From IMG/VR virus record IMGVR_UViG_3300043442_000948: a stretch of DNA of 64,000 nucleotides, one strand, 5' to 3'. Below, one piece after another: positions 27,798 to 39,600 of the stretch. Each line of letters starts with the position of its first letter. Position 1 is the first letter of the stretch. The notes beneath the pieces were generated by a model. It was not told the origin of the DNA and ran no database searches. It saw only the letters and a list, made by a program, of their open reading frames with translations. Source of the DNA: an uncultured virus (IMG/VR IMGVR_UViG_3300043442_000948) (Duplodnaviria > Heunggongvirae > Uroviricota > Caudoviricetes). A program made the translations under genes and the position numbers.

Positions 27798-29213
27798 TTA
27801 TTCGTCAGGCCCGCTGAAAGCAGCAAACTTACGTTTGGCAAACGTAGAAGGCGGCGGGGGTGCGGCGACTGTTTCTTCAGGCGTAACGTCGACCTCGATA
27901 GAAGGCTCTTCTTTATCAGGTTCGCTTGCTGTCTGCAGCTGCTTAGACCCGTTACCGTTACTGCCAGCTAAGGCTGGAGCAGGGCGGCTCACACCCTTGG
28001 TTTGGGACACTTCGGATTGGTAAGCACCCAAAGCAGCTTTTAGCCAATCCAAGGGGGTAGCGCCCCGACCAGCGGCGATAACTTCGGGGTCACGGACGGG
28101 GGAAAAGACCGGCATGTACTCAGCGTTGAACTCCTTGCGGGCCAGCTTACCGACGTAGACATCCGTAACCACGGGGTAGACGGTGTTGCCACCCAGGTTG
28201 GCGCGGCGAACGTCCCCGGGGGCAGTGCGCTTGGCGTGGAGGTACTTGCTGAAGTAGTCACCCCAGCTGTAGATTTCCGGCGGTAGGTAGCTCTTACTGT
28301 CCCGCTTGACCGGACGCTCGAAGTCGTTGTTGCCGATGGGCCAGTGCTGCACTTTGGACATGCCCCGGATTTTAAGGATGAAGGGCTCGGTCATGGGTTC
28401 GAGCTTGCCGGGCTCTACTTCCGTCATGAGTTGGGCATCAGCAATGTCCACCCACTTGACTTTGGAGCTGCCCCCTTTGAGGGCTTCGCTGTTGTCTAAG
28501 ACACCGAGCTGGAAGACCGCGAACAGGACGTAGCCGTCGAGCCGGCAGGTGGGAATAGCGGATTTGGGGTCAAGGAACTGCTCCAAGGTGCCTTCGTAGT
28601 GTTCCCCAGCTTCAACACAGCTGCGGCAGGAGCGCCGTTCGCTGGTTTTCACATCAGGGTCAGTACCCACAGGCGGGCGGCTGCCGTAGAGTTCCAAGTA
28701 GGGCCGGTCAGTCAACCAACCAGTAAGTTCGTGGGGAGCTTTCTTGCTCTTGTGAATCTGGTTGATGGGCACTTCCATACAGTACCGGTCTTTAGTTTCC
28801 AGGGGCGGGTCGTAGGATTTGTCCACCAGGCAGGTCGTACCGCACAGCACTTTGCCTTCGGAGTCCTTCATTTGGAAACTGTACTTGGGACCGATAACGA
28901 TACCCCGCAGACCGACGAAGGTGTGTTCTAAAGCGCGGGTAACTTCTTCGTAGATTTCAATCTTACTTTGGGTAAGTTCTTCTACTTCTTTCTTGGTCTT
29001 GGGCCAAGTCCAAACGATGCGTTCGCCGTTGATAGTCGTGGCGCGGTGGGCTTTCCAACTCGCGTCGTATTCTTCACTGCCCATTTCCCGCATCGCCAGG
29101 GACTCGGGGGCGTCCTGGGAGTCGGCTAGCTGTTGTTCTAGCTCGTCAAGGTTGAAGGTGGTTAAATCAATCGGCGCGGGAGTGTTACTCGATTTAGTTA
29201 AATAGGAAGTCAT
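27798..29213 (-). CDS. Putative single-stranded DNA-binding or recombination protein
   Basis: In the replication block; CxxC; long disordered tail ending PDE; own promoter-like motif and terminator; no family recognised. Confidence 0.5.
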   Translation of the reverse strand: MTSYLTKSSNTPAPIDLTTFNLDELEQQLADSQDAPESLAMREMGSEEYDASWKAHRATTINGERIVWTWPKTKKEVEELTQSKIEIYEEVTRALEHTFVGLRGIVIGPKYSFQMKDSEGKVLCGTTCLVDKSYDPPLETKDRYCMEVPINQIHKSKKAPHELTGWLTDRPYLELYGSRPPVGTDPDVKTSERRSCRSCVEAGEHYEGTLEQFLDPKSAIPTCRLDGYVLFAVFQLGVLDNSEALKGGSSKVKWVDIADAQLMTEVEPGKLEPMTEPFILKIRGMSKVQHWPIGNNDFERPVKRDSKSYLPPEIYSWGDYFSKYLHAKRTAPGDVRRANLGGNTVYPVVTDVYVGKLARKEFNAEYMPVFSPVRDPEVIAAGRGATPLDWLKAALGAYQSEVSQTKGVSRPAPALAGSNGNGSKQLQTASEPDKEEPSIEVDVTPEETVAAPPPPSTFAKRKFAAFSGPDE

Positions 29214-29260
29214 ACTGGAAAAGTGTTACTTAAGGTTTACTACCGCCAACGGTTAAGTTG

Positions 29261-29289
29261 GCTTTCTCTCTTCTTTTTTCTGGACATTC
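29261..29289 (-). promoter_or_regulatory. Repeated 29-bp promoter-like motif, copy 4
   Basis: Minus strand GAATGTCCAGAAAAAAGAAGAGAGAAAGC; intergenic. Confidence 0.6.
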
Positions 29290-29323
29290 AACTCTTAGGC
29301 TAGAATGAACCACTACTTACATT

Positions 29324-30304
29324 TTAGCTTAGCGGCATTGTAAGCAGTGGGCGGTCAATCAGTTTGCTATAAGCAGTTTTAGCCTCTGGGGAAGGTCTAA
29401 ATTTCCAGTATCCATTTCTTTTTCCTCTGGCTGGCTCGTAGGTTAACCCAGCATACTTTTCTGTCTGCCAAAGGGTACTGCTTAGGTTAACCCACAATGC
29501 AAACAACCCGAGCATACTTTGCGGGCTGCTAGTATCCCGTACTTTATCCAAGACAGGTTTTAGATATGGATAGAGAGCGTAGGCCCGGGCTACGACAAGG
29601 ACGATTGGATATTCTACGGTTTCACTCCACCGTTTTGTAGGTCTGAATAGTCCGTTGTAGTCCGCGCTGCTAATACTGCTCCATATTTTGTGACCAGTCG
29701 GCTCCAACAGAGCTTTAATGTATTGGAAGCATTGGTCATTTTTATAAAGGCTATCTTCAGGGGCTAGCTGGCCGGTAAGTAACTTATAGTTAATCCGGTA
29801 CAAAGAAGTGTAAGGATAGAACTGGTTAACTAAACCCGGCTGGTCTGCCATCAAGTCAATAAACTCTACCTTACGTAAATCTAGTTCCCTGTATACCCCA
29901 CCCTCTAAAGATTTAATGGCAGAGCTTGGTTTGGCATCGGTTAACTCTAACAAGCAGATAAATACATAAATGTTAGGGTCAATACTAAACGTCATGTCGT
30001 TTGGCAGGTTGCTTGCCAAAGTAGTCTTAACACTACCGTAGTTTTTTGACCTAGCTTTAAGATTTACTTCGCCGGTGCCACTTAGCTCTGAAGGATGAAT
30101 AACTACAGCAATCGGTTCTTCTGTGCAGCGGGAGCCTACTGCTCGTCGAATCTGAAGGGTTGTTGGCTCGAAGAGAACTTCTACCAACGATACCCCTAGT
30201 AACTCACAGATAAATTTAACTTGTTGTGCTGTGCCGATAGTTAGGTAAACAATTCCTGGCACAATGCTAGGGATAAGATTAACAATATTGTTAGCAGCAA
30301 CCAA
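29324..30304 (-). CDS. Hypothetical protein, possible HolA/delta-like clamp-loader subunit
   Basis: Size and translational coupling to the DnaX-like gene; no clear motif. Confidence 0.4.
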   Translation of the reverse strand: MVAANNIVNLIPSIVPGIVYLTIGTAQQVKFICELLGVSLVEVLFEPTTLQIRRAVGSRCTEEPIAVVIHPSELSGTGEVNLKARSKNYGSVKTTLASNLPNDMTFSIDPNIYVFICLLELTDAKPSSAIKSLEGGVYRELDLRKVEFIDLMADQPGLVNQFYPYTSLYRINYKLLTGQLAPEDSLYKNDQCFQYIKALLEPTGHKIWSSISSADYNGLFRPTKRWSETVEYPIVLVVARAYALYPYLKPVLDKVRDTSSPQSMLGLFALWVNLSSTLWQTEKYAGLTYEPARGKRNGYWKFRPSPEAKTAYSKLIDRPLLTMPLS

Positions 30305-31457
30305 GGTCTAACCCCCCTAACTGTAGTAGGTAATCTTTTACTTCGATGCTGTGACGGCTATCAGCCGCTTCGTAAAGCCGGCGTATGGCAAAGAGCTGGT
30401 GGTCGTGAACGCCTTTCTGTTGACGCATAGCGTTAGCTACGTCAGAGACTAAGTCGTTGACAAAGTCTTCCAGGTTACAACGCTCGTAGACAGACATCAA
30501 GCGGTCGATGACTTCTTCCAACTGGTAGTAGTTGCCTTTGAAGATACAGTCCCAGAGTTTCCGTCGGTCGTCAGGGTCAGTGAACTGTAGAAAGTACTTA
30601 GCAGTATCGATATGGATGTAATCGCAATAAGGGTCTTTTAACGCTAACTGTTGGTACTTAGATAGCGCGCGTCGGAAGCTTCCTTTAGCCCGCTTAGCAA
30701 TCTGCTCTGCGACCTCTTCAGTTAGTAGCGGTAGACCACTCTTTGGGCTGACGCTAAGTAAATAGTCTTTTACCACTGTCCAATCTGCTTGGCGTAGATA
30801 GACTGGGAAGCCTCGGTCTTCTACTGAGCTAAGGTCTTTTTCAGCCAGCTTCTCCGGCTGCATTGTAATCATGAAGTATATCGTTTTGATGTGACTCTCT
30901 AACTCTGCTTTTAGCAGTACCTTTTGGCGGTCTTTAGAGTCGTAGATTTGCCACTCGTCGAAGATGACAAAGCGGAAGTACTCCCGTCCAAAGCCTAGGT
31001 CGGCTGCGGGTTTAGACCCAAACTCTAACCCACGTTTGACTAGCTTGTGAGTAGAATCTTCTTCACTACCATAAGCGCCGGCTTGCAAATGAAGTATATT
31101 AGTGTATTCGCTGCTGTTGAGCCGAAAGTCTAGCACTTCCTTACACATTGGACATTCACCACAGGGATTTACCTGGCGGAAGTTTACTCCCGCTCTGGTG
31201 TAAGGTTGGGGATTACTGCAGTTTAACGACCGAATGATTAGGTTAACTAACGCGGTTTTACCAGTGCCGGTATACCCATAGATTGTTAAAGACCTGGGTG
31301 TAGTTTCTACCCCATTATCAATTGCGTGTAGCAAACTGATGACTTCGTTATCGTGACCCCAGTAGTCTTCCCAACTTAATGGGGCCATATCTTGTTGTAG
31401 ATTGAGCATACTTAGTTGAAACTTTGTTATGGTTGGCGCTCTCTTTTCTTTTTTCAC
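30291..31457 (-). CDS. DnaX (gamma/tau)-like clamp loader AAA+ subunit
   Basis: GYTGTGKT, SLNC...PCGECPMC zinc motif, IFDE, KGSFRRALS. Confidence 0.8.
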   Translation of the reverse strand: MKKEKRAPTITKFQLSMLNLQQDMAPLSWEDYWGHDNEVISLLHAIDNGVETTPRSLTIYGYTGTGKTALVNLIIRSLNCSNPQPYTRAGVNFRQVNPCGECPMCKEVLDFRLNSSEYTNILHLQAGAYGSEEDSTHKLVKRGLEFGSKPAADLGFGREYFRFVIFDEWQIYDSKDRQKVLLKAELESHIKTIYFMITMQPEKLAEKDLSSVEDRGFPVYLRQADWTVVKDYLLSVSPKSGLPLLTEEVAEQIAKRAKGSFRRALSKYQQLALKDPYCDYIHIDTAKYFLQFTDPDDRRKLWDCIFKGNYYQLEEVIDRLMSVYERCNLEDFVNDLVSDVANAMRQQKGVHDHQLFAIRRLYEAADSRHSIEVKDYLLQLGGLDLGCC

Positions 31458-31510
31458 TTCAACCTGAGCCTAAGTTGAAAGTATGGGAGTATTTATAGGT
31501 AAGGCTCTGT

Positions 31511-33223
31511 ATGTCGTCCAGTAACAGTCGTAACTTACGCTCGCTACGGCAGGCAAAACCAATTGATGTAGACACAACGGAGCCTACCCAGCAGACGATT
31601 GTCGCTAAGCGATCACCGAACCGTCAATCTCCGCCTAAAGAGACTAATTATATTAATTTACCTACAGAAGCTAGTGGTCTGTCTATTAATACTAACTTGG
31701 TTCGGTTAGCAAAACCAGCTTTAGGTGACGAGCCCCAGGTTGTGGGAACTTCCCCGGCGCAAACTTCTATTGAACCAATAGCTATTAACCAAAGAGGCTT
31801 TACCCGCCGGGTTGTTCAAGAACAGGTAGTTGTTGAGGAGGCACCTGTATCTACGGTCAGCGCAGCGTTTGTTCCTAAACGACTCCGTAATCCACTCAAC
31901 CTGTTTACGGGTTTGGTTGAGTATGAATCTTTATCTGTTTCTACCGAATACGAGCTGTTAAAAACAGACACTCCTGTTAACGTTGCTGAGCCCACGACTG
32001 ATGAATTTGTCTTTAAAGCAGCGCCGCCGCCGGCCAATGACTGGGAGCTATACAATCAGACTCCTGATTATACAATACCTTATGTCTACTTAGGTCAGGG
32101 ACTTACCTTTGACCCTCAGACCGGGAGTCTTAAGGTCACCTACGACCCGCCTGCTCCGTTAGAGGGCTCAGTTACTAGTGTTGTTGGGCAGACTGGCGAT
32201 GTTAGGATTGAGCATATTATTGACGCGTTACTGGGTGTTCCTGATTTAGAGTTAGGTAGCGCGGTTGACAGCGTTGTAGGGTTAGAAGGCGATATCACTG
32301 CTAACCAGATTGCTGCGGCGTTGAATTCACTGACGTCTGAAGAGAGACTTAGCTACCTTAGTCTCAAAGACACTCCGGTTATACCGGTGTTGCCTACGAC
32401 TGCGGAGCTAGCTGAAGACCTTAACACCCTAACCGGCACTAGCCGGATTAGCTACCTTAGTATTCAAGACACTCCTACTATTCCGGTATTGCCAACAGCG
32501 GCGGAGCTAGCAGCGTCTCTTAACACCCTAACTGGTGCGGATAGGATTAGTTATTTAAGTCTTAAAGATACTCCTACTATTCCAGTTATTCCGGCATCGT
32601 TACCGCCTAGCGGGCCTGCTGGCGGAGACCTAACTGGAACCTACCCCAACCCTACGTTAGCTTCGGTAGGTGTAGCAGCAGGCACGTATACTAACGCAAC
32701 GATTACAGTTGACGCTAAGGGCCGGGTGCTAAGTGCTGCTAGCAATGTTATTAATATTCCTACTAGTGGGATTTTAGTTAAGACAGGCTCAACTGCTGCC
32801 TTAGCGCCTAACGCCTCTGCAGAGCTGTCCTTCGACTGTGGGACTAACGGGGTAATCTTTAAAGTCACAACCAACGTCAACTGTTTGATTAGGCTTTACT
32901 CGAATCCTACCGCTAGGGCGGCAGACAGCCGGGCTCTAGGGGTGTTGCCTACAGTTTACGTGGCTGGGCTAGTACTAGAGGTAGAAACGCAGAGTGATTC
33001 TCCAGTGTGGTTGGGGGCCCAACCGTTTGTTAATACACAAACGCCCCAACTTACTTATTTATATGCCACGGTATTTAACCTTTCTGGTATGACTAATTCT
33101 TTAAGTATTGAACTACAGACAATGTCCAGCGTCCTGGCTCCTGACTTTACAGACTACGACCTAGACGACGATGGCTATATTGACGAAGACTTTTTACCTG
33201 ATGCTGACGGAGGTAGCTTCTAA
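31511..33223 (+). CDS. Virion structural or tail fibre protein with internal repeats
   Basis: VTSVVG repeats, three LNTLT..RISYLS.KDTP.IP repeats, [27 protein letters not shown]. Confidence 0.75.
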   Translation: MSSSNSRNLRSLRQAKPIDVDTTEPTQQTIVAKRSPNRQSPPKETNYINLPTEASGLSINTNLVRLAKPALGDEPQVVGTSPAQTSIEPIAINQRGFTRRVVQEQVVVEEAPVSTVSAAFVPKRLRNPLNLFTGLVEYESLSVSTEYELLKTDTPVNVAEPTTDEFVFKAAPPPANDWELYNQTPDYTIPYVYLGQGLTFDPQTGSLKVTYDPPAPLEGSVTSVVGQTGDVRIEHIIDALLGVPDLELGSAVDSVVGLEGDITANQIAAALNSLTSEERLSYLSLKDTPVIPVLPTTAELAEDLNTLTGTSRISYLSIQDTPTIPVLPTAAELAASLNTLTGADRISYLSLKDTPTIPVIPASLPPSGPAGGDLTGTYPNPTLASVGVAAGTYTNATITVDAKGRVLSAASNVINIPTSGILVKTGSTAALAPNASAELSFDCGTNGVIFKVTTNVNCLIRLYSNPTARAADSRALGVLPTVYVAGLVLEVETQSDSPVWLGAQPFVNTQTPQLTYLYATVFNLSGMTNSLSIELQTMSSVLAPDFTDYDLDDDGYIDEDFLPDADGGSF

Positions 33224-34299
33224 TGGCTAACACAATACGAATTAAACGCCGGGTAACTGGCAACGCGGGCGCCCCAACTGGCCTATCCAACGCGGAGCTA
33301 GCCTACAACGAGGTAGATGATGTCCTTTACTATGGTAAGGGCCTGTCTGGGGTTGGGGTTGAAGCAGCGGCAGTGGTTCCGATTGCAGGGCCAGGTCATG
33401 CGGTTACTCTAAACACAACTCAAACGATTTCAGGTAACAAAACCTTCAGCGGTACAGTAGCACTGGGTGCTAGCGCGACGGCTACCACACCAGCTACGAA
33501 TGATAACTCGACTGCATTAGCTACGACTGCTTGGGTGAAGCTCCAAGGTTACGGCTCCGGTTCTGGTAGTTTAACTAGCGTTGGGTTAGCTCTTAGTACC
33601 GAAGCGAACGCTTTCTTATCAGTTGCCGACAGCCCATTAATTACCAACGGTAACATTACACTTGACTTAGATTCGCAAACTGCGAACCATGTCTTCGCTG
33701 CACCAAACGGGTCTGCTGGTAAACCGAGCTTCCGTGCGTTGGTTGCTGGTGATATCCCTAGTTTAAGCACACTCTATCTACCGCTGTCTGGCGGTACCCT
33801 GACTGGTGGCTTAACCGTCGGTGGTGACTTGGTTGTTAACGGCACTACTACCACCATTAACAGCACGGTGCTAGATGTAGATGACATTAACATCACGTTG
33901 GGTACAGTTGGCAGCCCCACAGATAGCACCGCCAACACTGGTGGGATTACGCTTAAGGGGGCCTCTGATAAACTCTTCCGTTGGCTTAGCTCGACGGCGG
34001 CTTGGACTAGCTCAGAGCATATTGACTTAGCAACTGGTAAGGCTTACTACATTAACGGGACTTCGGTGCTGTCTGCTACCGCACTGGGTTCTGCGGTTAC
34101 CTCCAGCTCGTTGACTTCCGTAGGTACGCTTACGACAGGTACTTGGAACGCCACCACCATCGGCGTAGCCTACGGTGGTACTGGTGTTACTACTTTGACT
34201 GGTATAGTAAAAGGGAACGGCACTGGTGCGTTTAGCGCAGCTGTCGCTGGTACCGATTATTTGAATAACGACAGCGTCATCGATTGTGGAACTTTCTAG
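33223..34299 (+). CDS. Tail fibre protein (cyanophage type)
   Basis: TIRIKRR..GAP..L..AELAYNE N-terminus; DNST.LATTAW; VNGTTTTINST..VDD.NI.LG; IDCGTF end. Confidence 0.85.
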   Translation: MANTIRIKRRVTGNAGAPTGLSNAELAYNEVDDVLYYGKGLSGVGVEAAAVVPIAGPGHAVTLNTTQTISGNKTFSGTVALGASATATTPATNDNSTALATTAWVKLQGYGSGSGSLTSVGLALSTEANAFLSVADSPLITNGNITLDLDSQTANHVFAAPNGSAGKPSFRALVAGDIPSLSTLYLPLSGGTLTGGLTVGGDLVVNGTTTTINSTVLDVDDINITLGTVGSPTDSTANTGGITLKGASDKLFRWLSSTAAWTSSEHIDLATGKAYYINGTSVLSATALGSAVTSSSLTSVGTLTTGTWNATTIGVAYGGTGVTTLTGIVKGNGTGAFSAAVAGTDYLNNDSVIDCGTF

Positions 34300-34319
34300 T
34301 ATTATACTTGTAACATCTA

Positions 34320-36143
34320 ATGCCTAACAAAGTAAAGCTAAAACGGTCAGCTACTCCTAGCGCAGCACCTACTACAGGACAGCTGGAGCTAGGGGAGCTC
34401 GCCATGAATACCTATGATGGTAAGCTTTTCTTCAAGAAGGATGTTAGTGGGGTGGAGTCTATTGTAACAATTGCTCCAACCTCAGGGACTTTTACTGCTC
34501 AAGCAGCTGCCCCTTCTAACCCAGTCGCGGGCGACCGGTGGTTAGAAACCAGCACCGGAGTGCTCTATACCTATTTTGATAGCGCTTGGGTTGAGTTCGG
34601 AGCTAAAGGATTAGACGACCTGCAGACCGTATTCAGTGACCCCCAGATTACTCGGGTTGGTACTGCTACGGGGGATACTTCAGCTACATTACCTGCTCAC
34701 CAGATAGGAGACTTAATCGTCGGCTGGGCGTTTCGGGATGGGTCTACAACAAACCCAACGTTACCGGCGGGCTGGACTAGTTTAACCTCCAGAGACGGTA
34801 CGAGTTGTTCAGCCCGAATGGGCTACAAGATTGCTGCCTCTACGGCTGAGACTACTGGCACTTGGACGAACGCTAGCGCGGTAGCCTTCGCGGTCTACAG
34901 GAATGAACTTGCTGTTGAGCTTGGGGACCCGACAGCGGACTATGCCTTTCAGACTGGAACTACTAACACCGTTAACTACGACGGGGCTAACTTAACGATT
35001 GGCTCTAACCGGACTTGGGTGTTAGCATTTGCTGGGCACCGGTCGGTTGATACAACAATTGAGTCTGCCCCGTCGGGGTTAACCAATGTTACTAGCTACG
35101 CAAACGCAACAGCAGAGGTTGCTATTCATGACACCAACGCCGGGGTTAGTTCGTTTTCTGATACTTCTGCAACGATTACTGGAACCGCCAGCGGTTGGAT
35201 TACGGAAACTGTAACAATTGAGCCCGCGGTTAACCCGTCTACTTATCTGGACTTTCCCGCTAGTCCTACGACTAACCAAACCTATAGCTACTCTAATCTG
35301 ACTTGGAAATGGAACGGAGTTGGCTGGCGGCGGCAGGCCCTAACACCAGACGTCCAGACGTTTAGCTCTAGCGGTACTTGGACTAAACCCTCCGGGGCTA
35401 AGCTGGTTAGAGTTGAGCTATGGGGTGCTGGCGGAGGCGGAGGCGGCGGTACTGAAGCTTTTAATAGTAACGAGTATAACTATGGTGGCGCTGGTGGAGG
35501 CGGCGGCCCCTATACGGTAGCCTTGTTCAATGCCTCGGATTTGGCTGCGACGGTTGGTGTAACTATTGGAGCCGGTGGCACTGGTGGTACCGTAGGTAGT
35601 GGCCCTACATTAGGTGGAGATGGCGCAGACGGTGGTACTACTAGTTTCGGAACGTTGTCTCAGGTTGGCGGCGGTGGTGGTAAAGGTGGTTATAGCTCTA
35701 CACACGATAACAGCGTCCCCTCTAGTTTTATAGGGGAGCCTGGGGGAAGAGGGGACTACTCCACAGGTTTTGCTATTGTGAGCTCTCCTAACCCATATAT
35801 GTCGGGTGGTGGTGGCGGCGCTGGTGGTGGCGCGCAGGACAGCACCAACACTGTGTATTCTCCGACTGCTGGTAATTATAGACTTTTCGACCAGACCGCC
35901 GGCGGCACTGCTGGTACTTCTAATGTGGGGTCGGCTGGTACTGCTGGCGGTAACGGCAATAATTTTTGCGGTGGGGGCGGCGGGGGCAGCTCGGCTGGAG
36001 ACGCTTATAACGCCGGCAATGGAGGTAATGGTGGAATTGCCGGCGGAGGTGGAGGTGGAGGTGCTTCCGATAGCTCGGGTAATACCCCAGGAGCTGGCGG
36101 TAACGGCGGTAACGGCTATGCCATCGTAACAACGTATTTCTAG
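34320..36143 (+). CDS. Tail fibre protein with Gly-rich C-terminal domain
   Basis: VKLKRS....APT...LELGELAMNTYDGKLF; FPASPT..QTY..WKWNG; TFSSSGTWTKP...WGAGGGG. Confidence 0.85.
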   Translation: MPNKVKLKRSATPSAAPTTGQLELGELAMNTYDGKLFFKKDVSGVESIVTIAPTSGTFTAQAAAPSNPVAGDRWLETSTGVLYTYFDSAWVEFGAKGLDDLQTVFSDPQITRVGTATGDTSATLPAHQIGDLIVGWAFRDGSTTNPTLPAGWTSLTSRDGTSCSARMGYKIAASTAETTGTWTNASAVAFAVYRNELAVELGDPTADYAFQTGTTNTVNYDGANLTIGSNRTWVLAFAGHRSVDTTIESAPSGLTNVTSYANATAEVAIHDTNAGVSSFSDTSATITGTASGWITETVTIEPAVNPSTYLDFPASPTTNQTYSYSNLTWKWNGVGWRRQALTPDVQTFSSSGTWTKPSGAKLVRVELWGAGGGGGGGTEAFNSNEYNYGGAGGGGGPYTVALFNASDLAATVGVTIGAGGTGGTVGSGPTLGGDGADGGTTSFGTLSQVGGGGGKGGYSSTHDNSVPSSFIGEPGGRGDYSTGFAIVSSPNPYMSGGGGGAGGGAQDSTNTVYSPTAGNYRLFDQTAGGTAGTSNVGSAGTAGGNGNNFCGGGGGGSSAGDAYNAGNGGNGGIAGGGGGGGASDSSGNTPGAGGNGGNGYAIVTTYF

Positions 36144-36152
36144 GGGGGTATT

Positions 36153-36605
36153 ATGCGCTACGCAGTTATTGAAAACCAAACCGTAGTTAACATCATCGTC
36201 GCGGATGAGACTATCCTAGCGGCGCTGTTTCCAGAAGGGAACTATGCAGCCTGCCCCGATGGGGTAAGTATTGGTTATACCTATATTGATGAACAGTTCG
36301 CTGCACCAGCGGCCCCGCCGCCGGCGGTTGTGCCCGACTGGCCGGGGTTTAACTTGGCTATCTCTATGGATACGCAGATGATTCAGTATGAAGCTGCGGC
36401 GAACCTAGTCCATCCATCCATCGTAGGGAAGAAAGACCTGGCCTACTCCATCATTACGGACAAAGGGCTAGATAACTTTGCTGCTATCTTCCCGATGTTC
36501 TGTCAGTTAGCAAATGTAACGCAGGAGCATCGTGAAGGTTGGGCGGCAATGGCAGAGTCCTTTGACCTGCCCGCAGAATTTGTAACTATCGTCAGAGGTA
36601 GCTAA
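36153..36605 (+). CDS. Tail fibre assembly-like protein
   Basis: MRYAVIE..VVNIIV...IGYTY...F.AP; follows a Gly-rich fibre. Confidence 0.65.
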   Translation: MRYAVIENQTVVNIIVADETILAALFPEGNYAACPDGVSIGYTYIDEQFAAPAAPPPAVVPDWPGFNLAISMDTQMIQYEAAANLVHPSIVGKKDLAYSIITDKGLDNFAAIFPMFCQLANVTQEHREGWAAMAESFDLPAEFVTIVRGS

Positions 36606-36606
36606 T

Positions 36607-39600
36607 GTGGTTAAGCAGAACTACCCCGGTGTAATTGATAACGCGGCGACAACAGTCGTCACTTATCTAAGTGAACTGCTGGATGTCTCTGTTAACTACA
36701 GCACCATTACACCTGGGCAAGTTCTAACCTATGACAGCGTCCTCCAGAAGTGGAAGCCAGCTACCTTCAGCGCGGTTGTATCCGTCAATGGATTGACGGG
36801 CGTCGTCAGTTTAAGCACCAGCAACATCGGGGAAGGGTCTAACCTTTACTTTACTAACAGTCGGGTAGACAGCCGGGTAGCTCAACTTCCGTTGAACCAA
36901 CTGTCGGACGTCAATACCGCTGGACAGGCTATTAACGATGTTCTGACCTACAATGGCTCGGCGTGGGTACCTACCCCTGTAGCTACGGTACTGACCGTTC
37001 AGCTCGATGATTTAACTGATGTCTCTATTTCTAATCCTACTAACGGGCAGGTCTTAACTTACAACTCAACTACCCAGCAGTGGGGGCCTGGGGCGGCAGT
37101 TACCTTAACTAACACAGACCAGCTGCCGGAAGGCTCTAGCAATCTTTACTATACAACTGGGCGGGTTGACACACGCATCGGACAGACGTCTATCAACGCG
37201 TTGTCTGATGTTAATACCAGCGGGAGTGTTAACGGTCAAGTCTTGGTTAAACAGTCAGGAATATGGCAGGGCGCTGATTTAGTTCTACCTACGACGACGG
37301 ATGACCTACCACAAGGATCAACCAACCTATATTACAGCAACAGTCTGTTTGACACCCGGCTAGGTCAATCATCTCTTAACGCGCTGTCGGACGTGAACAC
37401 CAGCGCTAGTGTTAACGGGCAGGTACTGGTTAAGCAGTCTGATGTATGGCAGGGGGCAGACTTAGTCTTACCAACGACAACAGACGACTTACCACAGGGC
37501 ACAACCAATAAGTATTATTCCAATTCCTTAGTGGACACTCGGCTGGGACAGGTATCTATAGATGCCTTTGTTGATGTTAGTCTAGCTGGCATTACTACCG
37601 GGCAGGTGTTGGCATGGAATGGCAGTCTGCTTGCGCCTGTTACAGTATTAACGACGGCGAGCACGACAGACTCTATCAACCAAGGGACTAACCCAGACCG
37701 ACGGTATCTTAGTAATAGTAACCTAACCACAGCGTTGGGCGTTCAGAGTATCAACGCGCTGTCGGACGTTACGATTGCTTCTCCAAAGGCCGGGCAGGCT
37801 CTAATCTATAACTCTTCGATTGGACAGTGGCAGGCCGGAGACGTTACCACGCTGTCTTACTCCTTTACCTGGCAGTCTAATGGAGACACTAGGGGCGTCC
37901 TTTACTGGTTAGGTACAGAGGCCTTAAAGGTTCCCCATACTAGCCCGGCACTTAAGTCTCAACCTTACGGGTTGACAGTAACGCTATCGTCTAACCTGCC
38001 GGGGACGCCTACGTCTTACGCGGTAGACCGCAACGTTAATACCTTAGTTAGTACTGCCAGCGAAGCCGGCGCTTGGATTATGTTCGACTTTGGGTCGAAT
38101 AAACTCCTTAGCCCAAAGGAATACACCATCCGGGGGCGTAATGACTCTGATACTAGGCACCTTCGTAATTGGAAGATACAGGTCAGCCAAGATGGGCTCA
38201 GCAACTGGGTAGATGTTGATACCCAAACGAATAATCCTAGTATCATTCAGGGTGGCTACTTCTATGGAACTACTACGGCTGTAGATTCTTACCGCTACAT
38301 CCGTGTGCTGCAGACTGGGTTGGACTCCGATGGGACGGAGTATCTGACCTTATCGGAAGTTGAGTTCTACGGCGACTTGGTGATGTCTGGGGTTAGCGCC
38401 CCAACGACGACGGACGATTTACCCGAAGGCACAACGAACCTTTATTACACCAACACTCGGGTCGGCAGCTATCTATCTTCAGCTACTAACTATGTCGGTA
38501 CAAATGCGTTAACGAACAATGCTGTTACGTTCTCTAAGATTCAGCAGGTAGCCACCAACTCGCTGTTGGGACGCTATACCGCCGGTACTGGAGTTGTAGA
38601 GGTGATTACTCTAGGCCCGGGGCTGGTACTTAACCAAGGGATTCTGTCTGCCCCGGGGAATAACCTAGTCACCTCCGTCGTGGGGGCGGTAGGGGATGTC
38701 ACAGCAGCTCAAGTTTCTACCGCTCTTAATGCGCTAACCGGCACTAATCGAGTTAACTACAACTCTTTACAAAACACACCGACTGCACTACCTCCAAGCG
38801 GAGCTGCTGGCGGGGACTTAACTGGAACCTACCCTAACCCAACGCTGGGTGCTAACGTAGTAACCTTCTCGAAGTTTCAACAGATCGGCACCAGTAAACT
38901 CTTGGGCAGGTCTACAGCCGGCACTGGGAACGTCGAAGAACTTAGCTTAGGTACTGGCTTTACTTTAGTAGATGGAACGCTATCTGCTGTAGGGGAAAGC
39001 TCCCCGCTGGAAGTCAAGTACAATAGCGTTGCCCAAGGCTACGCCTATACGGTGAACTTAATTGGGCTGCCTGGCGGGCTAGCTTACGACGCAGGTACGA
39101 ATACCTCTACTGTTTACTTAGCGCCAGTTACAGCAGCTCAGCGAACGTTGAGCTTATTAACCAACGCGGGTTTTGAGAGTCCAACGGTCAGCGGTTGGCA
39201 GAGTGTCGTAGCTACAGGTTGGGGTTCTATCCTACTAGGTAAGAATGGTAACGCCTACGGGAACGCTAATGCTCCAGAAGGTACGCAGGTTTGGATTGGT
39301 CAAGTGGTGACAGCCGGTGACACGCGCACGATTAGCCAAACAGTAACCGTACCGGCTGGTTGTTACTCCCTGCGGGTTAGTCTTTGGTTGGCTAGTAGAT
39401 ACGCTTCTAACAACATCACCGTCGATATTCTCTTCAACGGTTCAGTGGTGTGGACGAAGACCCCAGTTACCCATACCAGTTGGCAGCAATATTCGACGGA
39501 CTGGATTGATGTAGTCGGCGGCTCTACCTTAACCTTTGCTATTCGACTAACCCAGGCAGTTACTGCAGACCACACGACCTTTGTGGACGGGATTACCTTT

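Noticed and set aside
35610..36179. Antisense and alternative-frame ORFs over the Gly-rich fibre, and similar shadow ORFs across the track
   Set aside because: Explained by repetitive GGN codons and full overlap with well-supported genes
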